The translations under genes were made by a program, and so were the position numbers. The notes under the pieces were generated by a model. It worked only from the letters and a program-made list of their open reading frames with translations, did no database searches and was not told where the DNA came from. 64,000 nt of DNA from Octopus sinensis (taxonomy: Eukaryota): contig NC_043016.1 of NCBI RefSeq assembly GCF_006345805.1, positions 22,568,001-22,632,000 on the forward strand, in the 5' to 3' direction. The stretch's first letter is position 1, and each line of letters begins with the position of its first letter. Positions 51,852-64,000 of this stretch are shown here, in pieces.

Positions 51852-52545
51852 AGTACTTTTAATTTTTACGATTATAGATAACATCTCGGGCTGTGACTTC
51901 TGAGCCGAGTCAAGTGCGTGTGAACGCTGTCGAGAGATAGCCTGTTACGAATGATATTTTTTGACACAGGGCACCCCTAAGACAACCGCCAGACGTTGAA
52001 CGAAAATAAATGAACTGCGACCAGGTTCAATAAAAGGAGCTCAAATTATTGGCTGAAATTACATACTTGAAGTCAGTGTTGGTAGAAACTAAATTAGCCT
52101 GTAAATACACGTTCACTTTACCAAATTTATACTCGGGCTAAGCCCGAACAGCCCTAGTGCCGGAGTCGCCACTGATAAATATTTGTTTGTTTGTTTGTTT
52201 GTTTGTTTGTTTGTTTGTTTGTTTGTTTGTTTGTATGTATGTATGTATGTATGTATGTATGTATGTATGTATGTATGTATGTATGTACGTACGTACGTAC
52301 GTATGTATGTATGTATGTATGTATGTATGTATGTTTTATTGTGTATTCTCATGCATATAGTTACATATTTAGACATGGTCATATATATTTAAATGATAAA
52401 TTTCTGGAAAGTTTATAGATTTTTACAGTTCCAGTGATGGATTGGATCTGTAGTTTTCCAATTAGCATCCTTCTTTCTGATCTTTTTTTTTTTTAGATAA
52501 ATCTTTTAAATTAAAGAATGTATAGTGGCTAGCGATCTATATATA

Positions 52546-52708
52546 CGACTGGCTTCTTTCAGTCTCTGTCTAGCAAATCCACTCACAATGCTTTGGTCGT
52601 CCCGAGGCTACAGTAGAAGACACTAGTCCAAGGTGCCACGCCGTGGGACTGAACCCGGAACTATGTGGTTGGCAAGCAATCTTCTTAACACACAACCACT
52701 CCTGCGCC
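52546..52708 (-). mobile_element. SINE family A, 5' half
   Basis: Reverse complement starts ggcgcaggagtggttgtgtg. Confidence 0.8.
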
Positions 52709-54149
52709 TATGTTAGGAATAAATATTTACTTGTGTTCCTGTTTCACGAGAATGGGTATAGTAGGGTGCCTTGGTAATCAGCCATTCCGAATTCCTCCAT
52801 GGAAGACGCATATTAGCCATTCAAAAACACACAAAGGCTGCTGTTAATTTCTCTTAAACATTTACTATTTTGTGCGAAGATTTCTGCTGCACCAACTGCG
52901 ACATTGGTTACTGAGACGGTTCCACTGTAATTATGCGATGAAAATTTTGTGTGTTTGAATGGTTAACATTTATGTTCTATGCTGTAGTTGTTTTAGTTTT
53001 ATCGTATGTTGTGTTGTAATACATTGATGTTGGTGAAGAATGAAAATGTCTCTCTTGAGCTGCATGTGAAATTGATAAACAATATTCACAAACAATTAGC
53101 AGAAGCTTTATTTACAGCACATAGTGTTTTCCCTGACGATCTTAGGATGAAAAATAAAAGCAATAATTTGTACACACCAACAATTTGAATACACTACTAT
53201 GGTCTGCGACAAAATAGCTGGCATGTATCAATCTGTAACTAGCCAGTCACAACTGAGAAATTAATCGCACTCATTTATGACACCAAAATTTGTACCTTTT
53301 ATTTGCACGGATGGTGAATGAAAAATGAGAATGGAGTCGATACAACAACTGCCTCACTATTCTGAAGTTGCCGCCAAAAACTTACCGTTTTATAGGATTC
53401 TCTAGGAGGTTCTAGAAAGTTGAATCACGTGATGGCTTGATGCTGATTGATCGATTAATCGGCCGATCACGTGAAACGACAATGATCTCATCGTGGTATG
53501 TGCACGGCTATCCAGCAGTTCAAGTTTTGAATCTGCTACAGTTTCAACATACGGCCGCGGATCAAATCAGATGCTAGGCAAGTACAATTCCGAAATTTAC
53601 TGGTGTAAAATACAACTTCAGCCCGAGTAGATAACGATTAGCTCAAAAGAGATCATGTGAGACTCAAGGAAGGGCATAAGACTCTGTGCGTGTGTGTGTG
53701 TTGTTTTTTTAAATAACAGTATTCAAGCAGCTTTAAACTTTGAGTTGAGCAGTCTGTCAGGAAATATTCGGTGTCATTGACTTTTAAAGGCATGCCTTCA
53801 ATTGTGTTTACAATTATTTTTATCTCTGTTATTGTCATCTCAGTTATACCGTGTTTATATCATCGTAAATCCTTTAACATAAAGTTATTTTAGAGATAAT
53901 TTTAAAAAATGCTTAGAAAAACAAATCTTCAAACATAATATCAGAATTTATATAAGCTTAATTAAATGACTTATAATGACCACACCCATAAATCATCAAA
54001 GGCTCCAAACATCCAGCGTGTAAATAAAACAAAGATTAAATACATTAAATAGTTTCGTAAATTATGGAAAGTGTTTTTGTTATTCTTTTAAATTGGTGAT
54101 GAACATAGAAATACTAATCAATTCAGCACATTTGTAGCTGTGCTGACAC

Positions 54150-54860
54150 CTTCATCCCAGTTTTGCATTTTTATACATACACAATGAGCTTGTATTTATG
54201 CAAGAGCATTTTACATTAAGGTTGAAGACATTCTGGTCGTGTGATAAAACCTCTTCATACTCAAGAAACCTCTACCGCCATCAACAGCTCAAGATTCATT
54301 GGAGACAGTTTGTCTACAGACAAGCTGCATCAAAACCGCTCTCAGTTGTGATTTATGATATAAAATGTTAGTGGTAATTACCAATTCTTCAATAAGGCAC
54401 TGCACTTTCTCCTTTGCCTTGAAATAGTATCACTTTCATGCATGAGAGAGAACTAGTGTTTTGCAATATCTTTCTTTTTCTTTTTTGTTTGTTTGTTTGT
54501 TTGTTTTTCAATTTGCAATGATGATGTGGCTGAAATTCTCAAGGGATGAATAATAGAGGACACGATGTAGGTATAGCTGGGCATAAGTATCCGCCACCTC
54601 ATGACTGCATTGCTTCAGTGAAATATCTTTCCTACATGCCAAAGTTATGCAGAAAAACTCATCTCTTGAATGCTGTATTCCGACATGTTTTGTTGAAAGG
54701 TATGAGAACAATTTTTCAAAATGGTACCTCTCTGGGATCTTGGCACTACCAAATATACATTGTTGCATACCAGCTCCTCGTTTCTCTACTTTTGATTATC
54801 AATAAAAAATATCAGATAATATCTATTCTTGCTGCCCTTTTCAAACCCTCCTGAACCTTT
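54150..54860 (-). pseudogene. Possible hAT transposase C-terminal remnant
   Basis: LMQLVCRQTVSNES*AVDGGRGFLSMKR loosely resembles the hAT dimerisation motif (ERGFS.MKR). Weak and frameshifted. Confidence 0.3.
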
Positions 54861-55736
54861 GGGTAGAAAACCTTCATGACATATTCTTTAAAAATATTTT
54901 CCCTGGACAGTTCTTCCAAGCAGGTAATAAATCAGTGATTCGCTACCAATAATTATCAACTAATGAATATCTTGTGTAACTAATTCTCAGTCTCCAGTTA
55001 TGTAATTAGTTGAACAACCTTCCAAAGAATATGTCAATAGGTATACTTGGTGTAGAAGATGCAAACCCTTTCTAAAAGTGCTGGAGGGTATAACGAGTTC
55101 TGATAGACGAATCCATGCAGATTTTCCCCACAGCTATCTGGTGTAGCGAAATGACAGTCTGTACAAGACTACTTAATACTGATATCGCTATAGTTTTTCT
55201 TACACGGTGTCCTCTCTTATAATTTCTCTTCCTGAAGAAGTAACAGCTTGTTTTTTATTCACTGGGACTTTGTAAGAGACACCATTTTTGTTATGCACTT
55301 CTTTATGGAACTTATATTGATTTTTGCCCTCTTCATTCTAAAATAGGAACAGAGACTGCATCTTACTTGTCATTACACACTTTATTGTCTAATACTTCAA
55401 GATATTTACTGGTTTCTTTGGAGGGATTTCGTATTCTTGAAATGGCATCAAACAAGTCTGCAATATGATGCTGATGTTGAGAGCCATTTCCTTCCTTATG
55501 AGAATAAAACTTTAAATCATCAACCCTAGTACTTGCTTCTGTGAATTGCTCTGCAACACAACTGATCAGGATCGGTCAGAATTCAGAACTCTTTCATGAT
55601 AGGGTTTCAACGATGCCAATCAGTCCAACAACGGCTTTCACTTTCAGTGATTTATTTTTGTTTGCCCTTTAAAAAGTGTGGCTGTTTGGTGTTTAATGAT
55701 TTAAAGGTGGGCTCCGTACGTATCATGTTTATAATA

Positions 55737-56291
55737 TTAGGTTGTCCGGAAAGTTCGTGCCGATTTATAGTAGCTTACCTTTCGACTTATTTTAGGACAT
55801 GTTTGAGTCCATAAAATAGAATTTGACTACACCTTCATTTAGAGCACAGTTTAAGCTATCTTTTCGTGGAAAAAAATTTATGTTCCTATAACCTGTAACC
55901 CTTTAAAATGGAAGATAAGAAAGTTCATTTTTGGCACTTGAGGCTTTGGGAACCAGACAAAAATTGCTGCAGCTTGGCTGGAATGTGTTACCCTACCCTC
56001 CATATTCACCAGATATTGCTCCTTCGGATTTCCACTTATTCAAGTCTCTGCAGAATAGTTTTCATGGTAAAAATTTCAATTCCTTGGATGACGTAAAAAG
56101 ATACCTTGATGAATTCTTTGCCATGAAACCACCTCAATTCTGGGAAGAGGGTATTTTCAAGTTAGAGGAAAGATGGAGACGCATTGTGCAACAAAATGGT
56201 TCATATTTGGTTGATTAAAAATGTAATGGCAAGTATTTATTAACCTTTTTCTTTCCTTTAAAAATCGGCACAAACTTTCCGGACAACTCAA
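55737..56291 (+). mobile_element. Internally deleted mariner element
   Basis: Terminal inverted repeats tt.g.ttgtccggaaagtt.gtgccgattt flanked by TA. N-terminal MEDKKVHF is fused to C-terminal PYPPYSPDIAPSDFHLF...EERWRRIVQQNGSY. Confidence 0.9.
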
Positions 56292-56359
56292 TATTATATG
56301 AACATAGTTTGATATCATACTTGTTGATTTATTTCCTATTGCAATTATACTCTTTACTC

Positions 56360-56757
56360 TCTCTTTTACTTGTTTCAGTCATTTGACTGCGGCCATGCTG
56401 GAGCACCACCTTTAATCGAGCAACTCGACCCCGGGACTTATTCTTTTTTGTAAGCCCAGTACTTATTCTATCGGTCTCTTTTTGCCGAACTGCTAAGTTA
56501 CGGGACATAAACACACCAGCATCGGTTGGTCAAGCAATGCTAGGGGGACAAACACGACACACAAACACACACACCACGCATATATATAATACTTATATAC
56601 GACGGGCTTCTTTCAGTTTCCGTCTACCAAATCCACTCACAAGGCTTTGGTCGCCCGAGGCTATAGAAGAGACACTTGCCCAAGTGCTACGCAGTGGGAC
56701 TGAACCCGGAACCATGTGGTTGGTAAACAAGCTACTTACCACAACAGCCACTCCTGT
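56360..56757 (-). mobile_element. SINE family A, near full length
   Basis: Matches the 20607-20965 copy along its length. Confidence 0.85.
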
Positions 56758-57435
56758 GAATTATCTAAATCATCTCAAAAGTAAATCGATGCTAAGGACA
56801 TAAGCTGATATTATAAACACATTACCATCCATAGATAAAAAAACAACAACATATTTGTAAATTGCTGATCTTCATTTGAAAATAAATGGCGCCAAATATG
56901 TTCAGAACGGTGAGAGCCATTAAAATACTGTCGCTTTCTTCGAAAACACCGACCTATGTCACCACCTAGGTTCCACATGCCCTTTCACATAGACCTAGAC
57001 ATTCTTTTACCTTCGTTTATAAGGTATGTCTTTTCAATAAAGCATTTAATTAGTTTCTTAGACGGTACAGACATTTGGATGAAGGTTGTTATATCTTCAG
57101 CTTACTAGATTTGAAATTAGGGCTCGACTATATAGGAGCTGATCATACACGTTTGGATCGAGTCGTAGCAAGATCTGAAGATGGAAGTGAGGGGAACAAT
57201 ATTATACTCATAGATAGTATGTAAAAGAACAATCACATTCAACACCTCAAAACCTAGCAATAATATTTTATTATTGCTAGGTCTAGAGGTGCTGACCTCA
57301 TCATTCAAGTATATGTAGAGCCTGAAGGAGTAAGGAATCAATATCCCTATAGTATTCTGTAATCATAAATACAGCCTATCCTATACAAACGTGTGTGTGA
57401 ATGCCATTGTTCTTTTACATACTATCTATGAGTAT

Positions 57436-57503
<68 letters not shown>

Positions 57504-57565
57504 TAGATATGATAGATAGATAGATAGATAGACAGATAGATAGATAGATAGACAGATGGATAGAC

Positions 57566-57602
<37 letters not shown>

Positions 57603-57643
57603 CAGATAGATAGATAGATAGACAGATGGATAGACATAGATAG

Positions 57644-57684
<41 letters not shown>

Positions 57685-57691
57685 TTCTCTT

Positions 57692-57932
57692 TTTGTCTTT
57701 TACTTGTTTCAGTCATTTGACAGCGGCCATGCTGGAGCACCACCTTTAGTCGACACATTGACCTCAGGACTTATTCTTTATAAGCCTAGTACTTATTCTA
57801 TCGGTTTCTCTTACCGAACCGCTAAGTTACGGGGACATAAAGATACCACTATCGGTTGTCAAGTGATGTTGCGGGGACAAGCACGGACACCACACACATA
57901 CACAACCCACACCACACACCCACACACATATA

Positions 57933-57980
<48 letters not shown>

Positions 57981-58116
57981 TTATACGACGGGCTTCTTTC
58001 AGTTTCCATCTACCAAATCCACTTACAAGGCTTGGTCGGCCCGAGGCTATAGTAGAAGACACTTCCCCAAGGTACCACGCATTGGAATGAACCTGGAACC
58101 ATGTGGTTGGTAAGCA
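57692..58116 (-). mobile_element. SINE family A
   Basis: Matches the other family A copies. Confidence 0.82.
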
Positions 58117-58764
58117 GACAGAGAGAGAGAGAGAGAGAGTAATCCCTCGCCATTTTGCGGTTTATTATTTAAGCGTACGTCGATTCCTCTGTGGTGGTGT
58201 TTTGCATTTATAATAATATAAATACATGTAAATTATAAAAATAATTTTTAAAAATATACAGTACAATACTATATTCTACTTGGTGGATATTTGGAACGTA
58301 ACACCCGCAATAGTCGAAGAATTACTGTATGTATGTGTTGGTGGTGTTGTGTGTGTGTGTGTGTGGTGTGTGTGTGGTTGTGTGTGTTGTGTGTGTGTGT
58401 GTGTGTGAAGTATATTTGCCACTTAAATGTGGCTAATCACTAAGGGTGGATGCTACTGTAGCTTGTAGCCCCAGGAGAACATCTCCAGCTGGCTATACAT
58501 CTTAAATCATTTTATATTGTGCCTGTAAAGGTGTGAACTTGCTAGCAACCTTAATATTACTGTAAATAACGGTAACAAAATAACTTTATATATATATATT
58601 ATATATATATATATTATATATATATATATATTCCGCTTTTATATCTTGTTTGCAAGATTTTTTACGTGAATTCGTGTGTTGAAACAAATTTTGTTGTGTC
58701 TAGGAAAGTTGTTGCCTCTCAAACTTCCCCCGCAAACGAGTAGAGGCAATGGTGAAGTCACTGT

Positions 58765-59420
58765 CCATAGTTGAGGTCGTGGGCAGGAGAAACACATTCA
58801 AGGCCCTCGTGGACACGGGCTGCACGACGACTCTCGTGACCCAAAAATTTGGAAGGGGACGAGTAGCGTTCGGGCGGTCGACGGCGGCGAAATCGAGTGC
58901 AAGGGTAGCGGTGATGTGGATATAGCGGTGTGAGGCACAACGCTAAGGCTGCGGGCGATCGTGATCGACTACGTGGTAGACGGGATTGACAATTTAATGA
59001 GGATGGACGTGGTTTCGTTTGGTGCGGTGGAAGCGTCGTGAGCCGTGAGTCGGGAATGTGAACTGCACTACCTATGCCATTGAAGACAAGGATTTTCGGA
59101 TGGCGTTCGATGGACGATAGAGTGGCGCTGGAAAAAAAGGGACCCCCGACGCTGAAGAACACGGTGAGCTGCTACCAGCATACACCGAAAAGACACGACA
59201 GGAGCGTGTTTGAAGAAGAGGTAGAGAAGGTGTCCTTATTCCCTGGAAAGAGGAGGTGGTGAGCAGAGTGCTACCTCTAATGGCAGTGGTGCAACCAACA
59301 AAGGGCAAAGTTAGACTGGTACTGGACTTTCGGGAGATGAATGGCTATGTATTGTGCCACACAAGAGACGAGGCGACCAACGTCTGCGATGAGACGCTGC
59401 GCGTATGGAGGCAGTGGACT
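58765..59420 (+). pseudogene. LTR-retrotransposon (Gypsy-type) pol fragment: aspartic protease plus start of RT
   Basis: FKALVDTGCTTTLV at about 58797-58835. VLPLMAVVQPTKGKVRLVLDFREMNGYV. Breaks off after ETLRVWRQ. Confidence 0.75.
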
Positions 59421-60094
59421 AAAGCGGCCGGAGTCGCCACTGATAAATGTATGTATGTATGTATGTATGTATGTATGTATGTATGTATGTATGTATGTAT
59501 GTTGTATGTATGTATGTGTGTATGTATGTATGTATGTATGTATGTATGATGTATGTATGTGTGTATGTAGTATGTGTGTATGTATGTGTGTATTATGTAT
59601 GTATGTATGTATGTATGTATGTAGTATGTATGTATGCATGTATGTATGTATGTGTATGTATGTATGCATTGTATGTATGTATGTCGTATGTATGTATGTA
59701 TGTATGTATGCATGCCATGCATGCATGGATGCATGCATGTAAGTGTGTGTATGCATGTATGTGTGTGTGCGTATGTATATGTGTCTGTTTATATGTATGT
59801 ATTCTGGATATTCATGTGTTTGTAAGTTCGCATTTGCGTGCTTGTGTGTGTGTGTGTATACCTCTGTCTCCTTGTGTATGCATGTATGAGTGTGTCTGAG
59901 TAAGGGTTTTCGTGACTATATACTGTGTACGCATGTATGGATGTGTTCCTCCATATGTGTCTTTGCGTGAAGTGAAGTGTGTGTGAATATATGTTTCAGT
60001 CTCCATTTGCGTATGTATGTGTGCTTGTCTGTTCATATTGCCTATGTAGCTATCCGTCTCTATGTCTATCTGTTTACATTCATATCCATTTACT

Positions 60095-60540
60095 TACGGC
60101 ATACATAAGAGAGACATCTTGGAGCATTGCGGAAAGACTAAATGAACATCTGAGACAATATGACGACAGAAAAACAATCCTCCATACTCGACCATCATGC
60201 CAAGGACCAACATGGAGGCAACTTGGGTCAATGTGACATCCGCATTTTATTCAAGCACTCAAAAGACCTAACACTCAGACAAACACGGGAGTGCGTCTCA
60301 TAAATAAAACATCCCCGTACTAAATAGGAAATATACGTAGTAGGTAATCACAGCCCCATACCCACATTTTATATATATATATATATATATACTAGCTTTT
60401 TAGTAGAAGAAATAGCTATAACCCTTTGACTGCTATTTCTAAATTCGGTATGTGGTAAGGCAACTCGTTGCTAAACCCTTATTGCTTAGTATTACTTAAA
60501 TTTTCCTCGAATGAGGCTTTTACATGCCGAAGACTACTTG
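60095..60540 (+). mobile_element. Penelope-like 3' fragment: GIY-YIG endonuclease remnant plus terminal repeat
   Basis: AYIRETSWSIAERLNEHLRQ resembles YIGET.R.L..R..EH. A decayed hammerhead core follows at 60508-60535. Confidence 0.6.
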
Positions 60541-60593
60541 GTGTAATTGATAATTTTTCCAAATTAATTAATTTCACCCTTCATTATTACGGA

Positions 60594-60630
<37 letters not shown>

Positions 60631-60951
60631 AACCTTTACATATATAAATAACGTGAAATACACGAAGGGACGAACATAAGAGACAGACGGGTCATTCAAA
60701 GCCTTCGTTCTTCAGTCAGAAACCGATTCATCATTGCAAATTTCGGCTGTTTAATTCTGAGATCTGCCCTGAATCGGCCAGCCCCAGAAGGAAAAAGGTA
60801 GATAATAGTTAGTGGGCTATTATGAGATGTGTGTGTACATGTACGTATATGCATATGTATGTAGGTAAATAGATATGAATGTAAACAGATAGACATATAC
60901 ACAATCTATATATATATATATATATATTGATAGATAGAGAGAGAGACTTAC

Positions 60952-61075
<124 letters not shown>

Positions 61076-61093
61076 CACACATATGCATACATA

Positions 61094-61310
61094 CACGAGG
61101 TGGAGGTGAAAAGTTCCTGGCTTTAAGGGTTTCAGAAAGGCCTACTTTCCTGAAACCCTTCCGAGTTCTTGTACAGGGCTTAGAAAAATTTAAGGATCGT
61201 TGCGGTGTGTGAATCTGAGATGGGACTATGTTGAATAAAATCATAATTAACTGATCCTCCTGTATTTTCTTTTACCCAAAGCCAGGAACTTTTCAGTACC
61301 CCCTCTAGTG
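61094..61310. mobile_element. Mariner-type MITE
   Basis: Inverted repeats gagg.gg...tgaaaagttcctggcttt at both ends, about 215 bp. Confidence 0.7.
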
Positions 61311-61559
61311 CGTGCGCGTGTGTGTAATGTACTATTCTATGATGGTAAGATCAACAAAAAATTGTGTAGTGAAAGATAAATATTATTTAATAGACACAAT
61401 GCCAAATAATGAATTATAACACGTGTAACATCTCCGCACAGTCAACCATATAGTATAACGAACTAAAAACTGAATGAGAGAAGAAATGCGAAAACTCGAG
61501 AAAGAAGCGTATAGAAAACGTAGAAGGTTAAAAAACAGAAAACGAAAAAGTAAACAGAA

Positions 61560-62110
61560 ATAGGTGAAAATTTAGACCTTAAATTACAAGACTGCAAAAA
61601 AAACATACCAACAAATCAATTAGATATAGGCGGAATTTTCCAATCGTTCAAAAGGAACTTAGACATATGTTTACAAGCGCTGAAAATTTCAAACCTAGAG
61701 CTCAGTAGTGAGTTAGAAATCTTAGACCTGAAAAGAATCTGAGCTCTTTCAGCTAAGCATAGCTTACATTTATATATATATATCAGAATAAAGTGTCATT
61801 AATAAAGCATTATTAGTCCAGGCAAAATAGTTCTCAAGTACTCTGCTAATACAAATACACCTGACTAACAAAAGGTTAGTATAGAATTCCAGGTGATCCT
61901 AAGGCGAGATCCAAAATCGAAGTCCATCACTGGTCGACTTAGTAAATCCATGGTTATATTTCCCCAGAGAGATATACAAGAAAAGTCATAAATAATGGTC
62001 TTTATATGATTTATTTGTGCATCATAGACTTAAAGCTGTTTCTCAGATGCGAACGACATAAACAAATACTATAATCTTCAGAGCCTGCACACCGATGCGA
62101 AACGTGCGGG
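61560..62110 (+). mobile_element. Second probable Penelope-like GIY-YIG remnant
   Basis: LKLQDCKKTY then RYRRNFPIVQKEL resembles C.DC...YIGQTGRNF.IR.KEH. A decayed core lies at 62076-62106. Confidence 0.4.
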
Positions 62111-63084
62111 TTCTAAATATGATAATGATTTATTAAGTTCGTTCAATTTTATAAATTGAGCAAACGGAACTATGAATGCACTTATGACTTACATCTTAGA
62201 AACAGTTATAAGTCTACAATGCACAAATAAGGAAATATGTATAGCCCATTATTTTATGCCTTTTCTGGTATATGCGCGTGTGTGTGTGTGCATGTATGTA
62301 TATATGTATGTATGTATGTATATATACACACTCTCACATGTATGTATGTATGGATATTTAGAAATTTACGTTTATATATACATGTACATATATTCGAATG
62401 TATATATGTGTGTATGTAGGTTCACACACCTATATATATATATATATATATGTATGTACACACGCACGCATGCACACACGTATTTACGTGTGATTTGTGG
62501 GGCGGGGTGCTTGTATAATATTCTTATATGCAGGCATGTCTCTTAACCAAAGAAGATACTGTCCTCATTGAACAACAAGAGATTGTTTTCCATTCCAAAA
62601 TATCATCACCACATTCTGTCACTATCGGAATATACAGTAAGTCCAGCTGTCAATAATTTTCTTGTTTGTTTCTCTGGCACTCAGCATTTCCTCAGAATTA
62701 TAAATAAAAGACTACTAAGAATGGTGGTCGTTTATATTTCCATATATATTTATTTACCGATGGTCATTTTTGATTAGGCTTAAAAGAACAGATATGCATC
62801 TCGTTGAACTCAACTATCTGCTTGTCTGGCTCTCTTTCTGACCTATGTCAAATCTCTCCCTCGCTCTCTTCCCCCTTCTCTCTTTCTCTCTCCCTTTTTG
62901 TATATGTGTATGTGTATTGGATTGCCCTAAAAGTCCACACATTTTTAAAACAAAAACAAGACACAAGTTTTAAACACAAAGTAATTTATTCAACCAATGA
63001 TATAGTTTCATTCCAGTATCTTCTGCCATCTTGTAAGCAGATTCGTTATTTTCTGTTTTAAGAATTTCCTGCCTTTACCAGCGA

Positions 63085-63660
63085 AATTTTACAACCACTT
63101 CAAAGTTGAACGTCCGTGCATTCAATGAATTTTGAAGAGACTGAAACACGTGGAAATTTGAAGGCACAAGATCGGGCGAATATGGAGAGTGAGGCAAAAC
63201 TTTTACATCTGCATAGAAGTATGCGGTGTGACATTGTCGTGATGAAAGGCAATGCCCTTACAATTAAAAAGTGCTGGTCCTGTCTATAGAAAGAAGCTCG
63301 TAAAAAACAACACTTTTCCAATCCCACCAAATTTCGGATGAAGTTCTGCTTTGGAGGTTGTTTGTGGTGGTTTTCCCCACTTCCTCCGTGAGCGTTTGCT
63401 CTTCACATTGTTATAGACGACCTATTTGTCGTCCCCTGTAGACCATTCTCTTCAAGAAAAGGGTTATTTTCTTCACGTCGTTTCTGCAACGAATTGCAAA
63501 CGGAAATCCATTGAGCGAGATTAGCCTCAATCAGTTGATGTGGGACCCGAACATAAAACCTGATGGCGTAACCAAGTTAATGCAGATGGTTTTCAACACT
63601 CGATTTGTTTATTTGGAGAATATCTGCGATCATCCTGGTCGTACAACGGAGGCTTCATAC
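63085..63660 (-). pseudogene. Mariner transposase remnant
   Basis: RVPHQL (WVPHxL), a TGDDK-like segment near 63420-63440, and FHHDNVTPHT, in shifting frames. Confidence 0.65.
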
Positions 63661-64000
63661 ACAAGTGTATGAATGTTCAGTTATATGTATATATACACAC
63701 AGACAAACAAACAAGCAAACAGATCATAATGGATAAGCTCATCAGTTTCGGAGAATTCTCGGCTCTTGCGATTATTTCCCCTTTTTTCATTCAGCATCAG
63801 TCGCAATAGTCTCCAGGTGTTTGTTTATATTCTCTCAAAACGGTGATAATTTTAATAAATTAACTTTTCATTAACTTTTCAACACACCCTCATATATAGA
63901 TATCCATATCTATAAATACCCTCAGAGTTATCGTTGAAAGGGATTGAAAACTGCAGTGAAATATAAGGCAAATAGAGTAAGAGCAGTTATATCACCACTG

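Noticed and set aside
60508-60535. Hammerhead in the Penelope-like terminal repeat
   Set aside because: The core is mutated (CGAATGA, GAAG). Used only as supporting evidence for the element.
62076-62106. Hammerhead remnant
   Set aside because: The core reads CTTCAGA, the triplet is GUG and there is no stem I.

Overview
Eukaryotic, AT-rich, repeat-dominated genomic DNA with no host protein-coding gene that I can support. The SINE families and very dense microsatellites look like an Octopus (coleoid cephalopod) genome; this is inference from recall, not a search. Bases 1-13.7 kb hold five co-oriented, minus-strand L1/Tx1-type non-LTR retroelement copies from divergent subfamilies. The four copies whose ORF1 lies in the window each show a CCHC zinc knuckle, but only one copy keeps an RT. 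The first three abut head-to-tail through (TAT)n tracts and share a 5' leader whose hairpins and one long-range helix are kept by G-U and compensatory changes. The rest of the window contains decayed R4-, RTE-, CR1-, Penelope- and Gypsy-type retroelements, mariner elements and MITEs, two non-autonomous Helitrons, tRNA-type SINEs, one near-consensus minimal hammerhead ribozyme motif plus decayed or permuted relatives, long microsatellites and a 100-N assembly gap. Most ORFs in the supplied track are microsatellite translations or antisense shadows.
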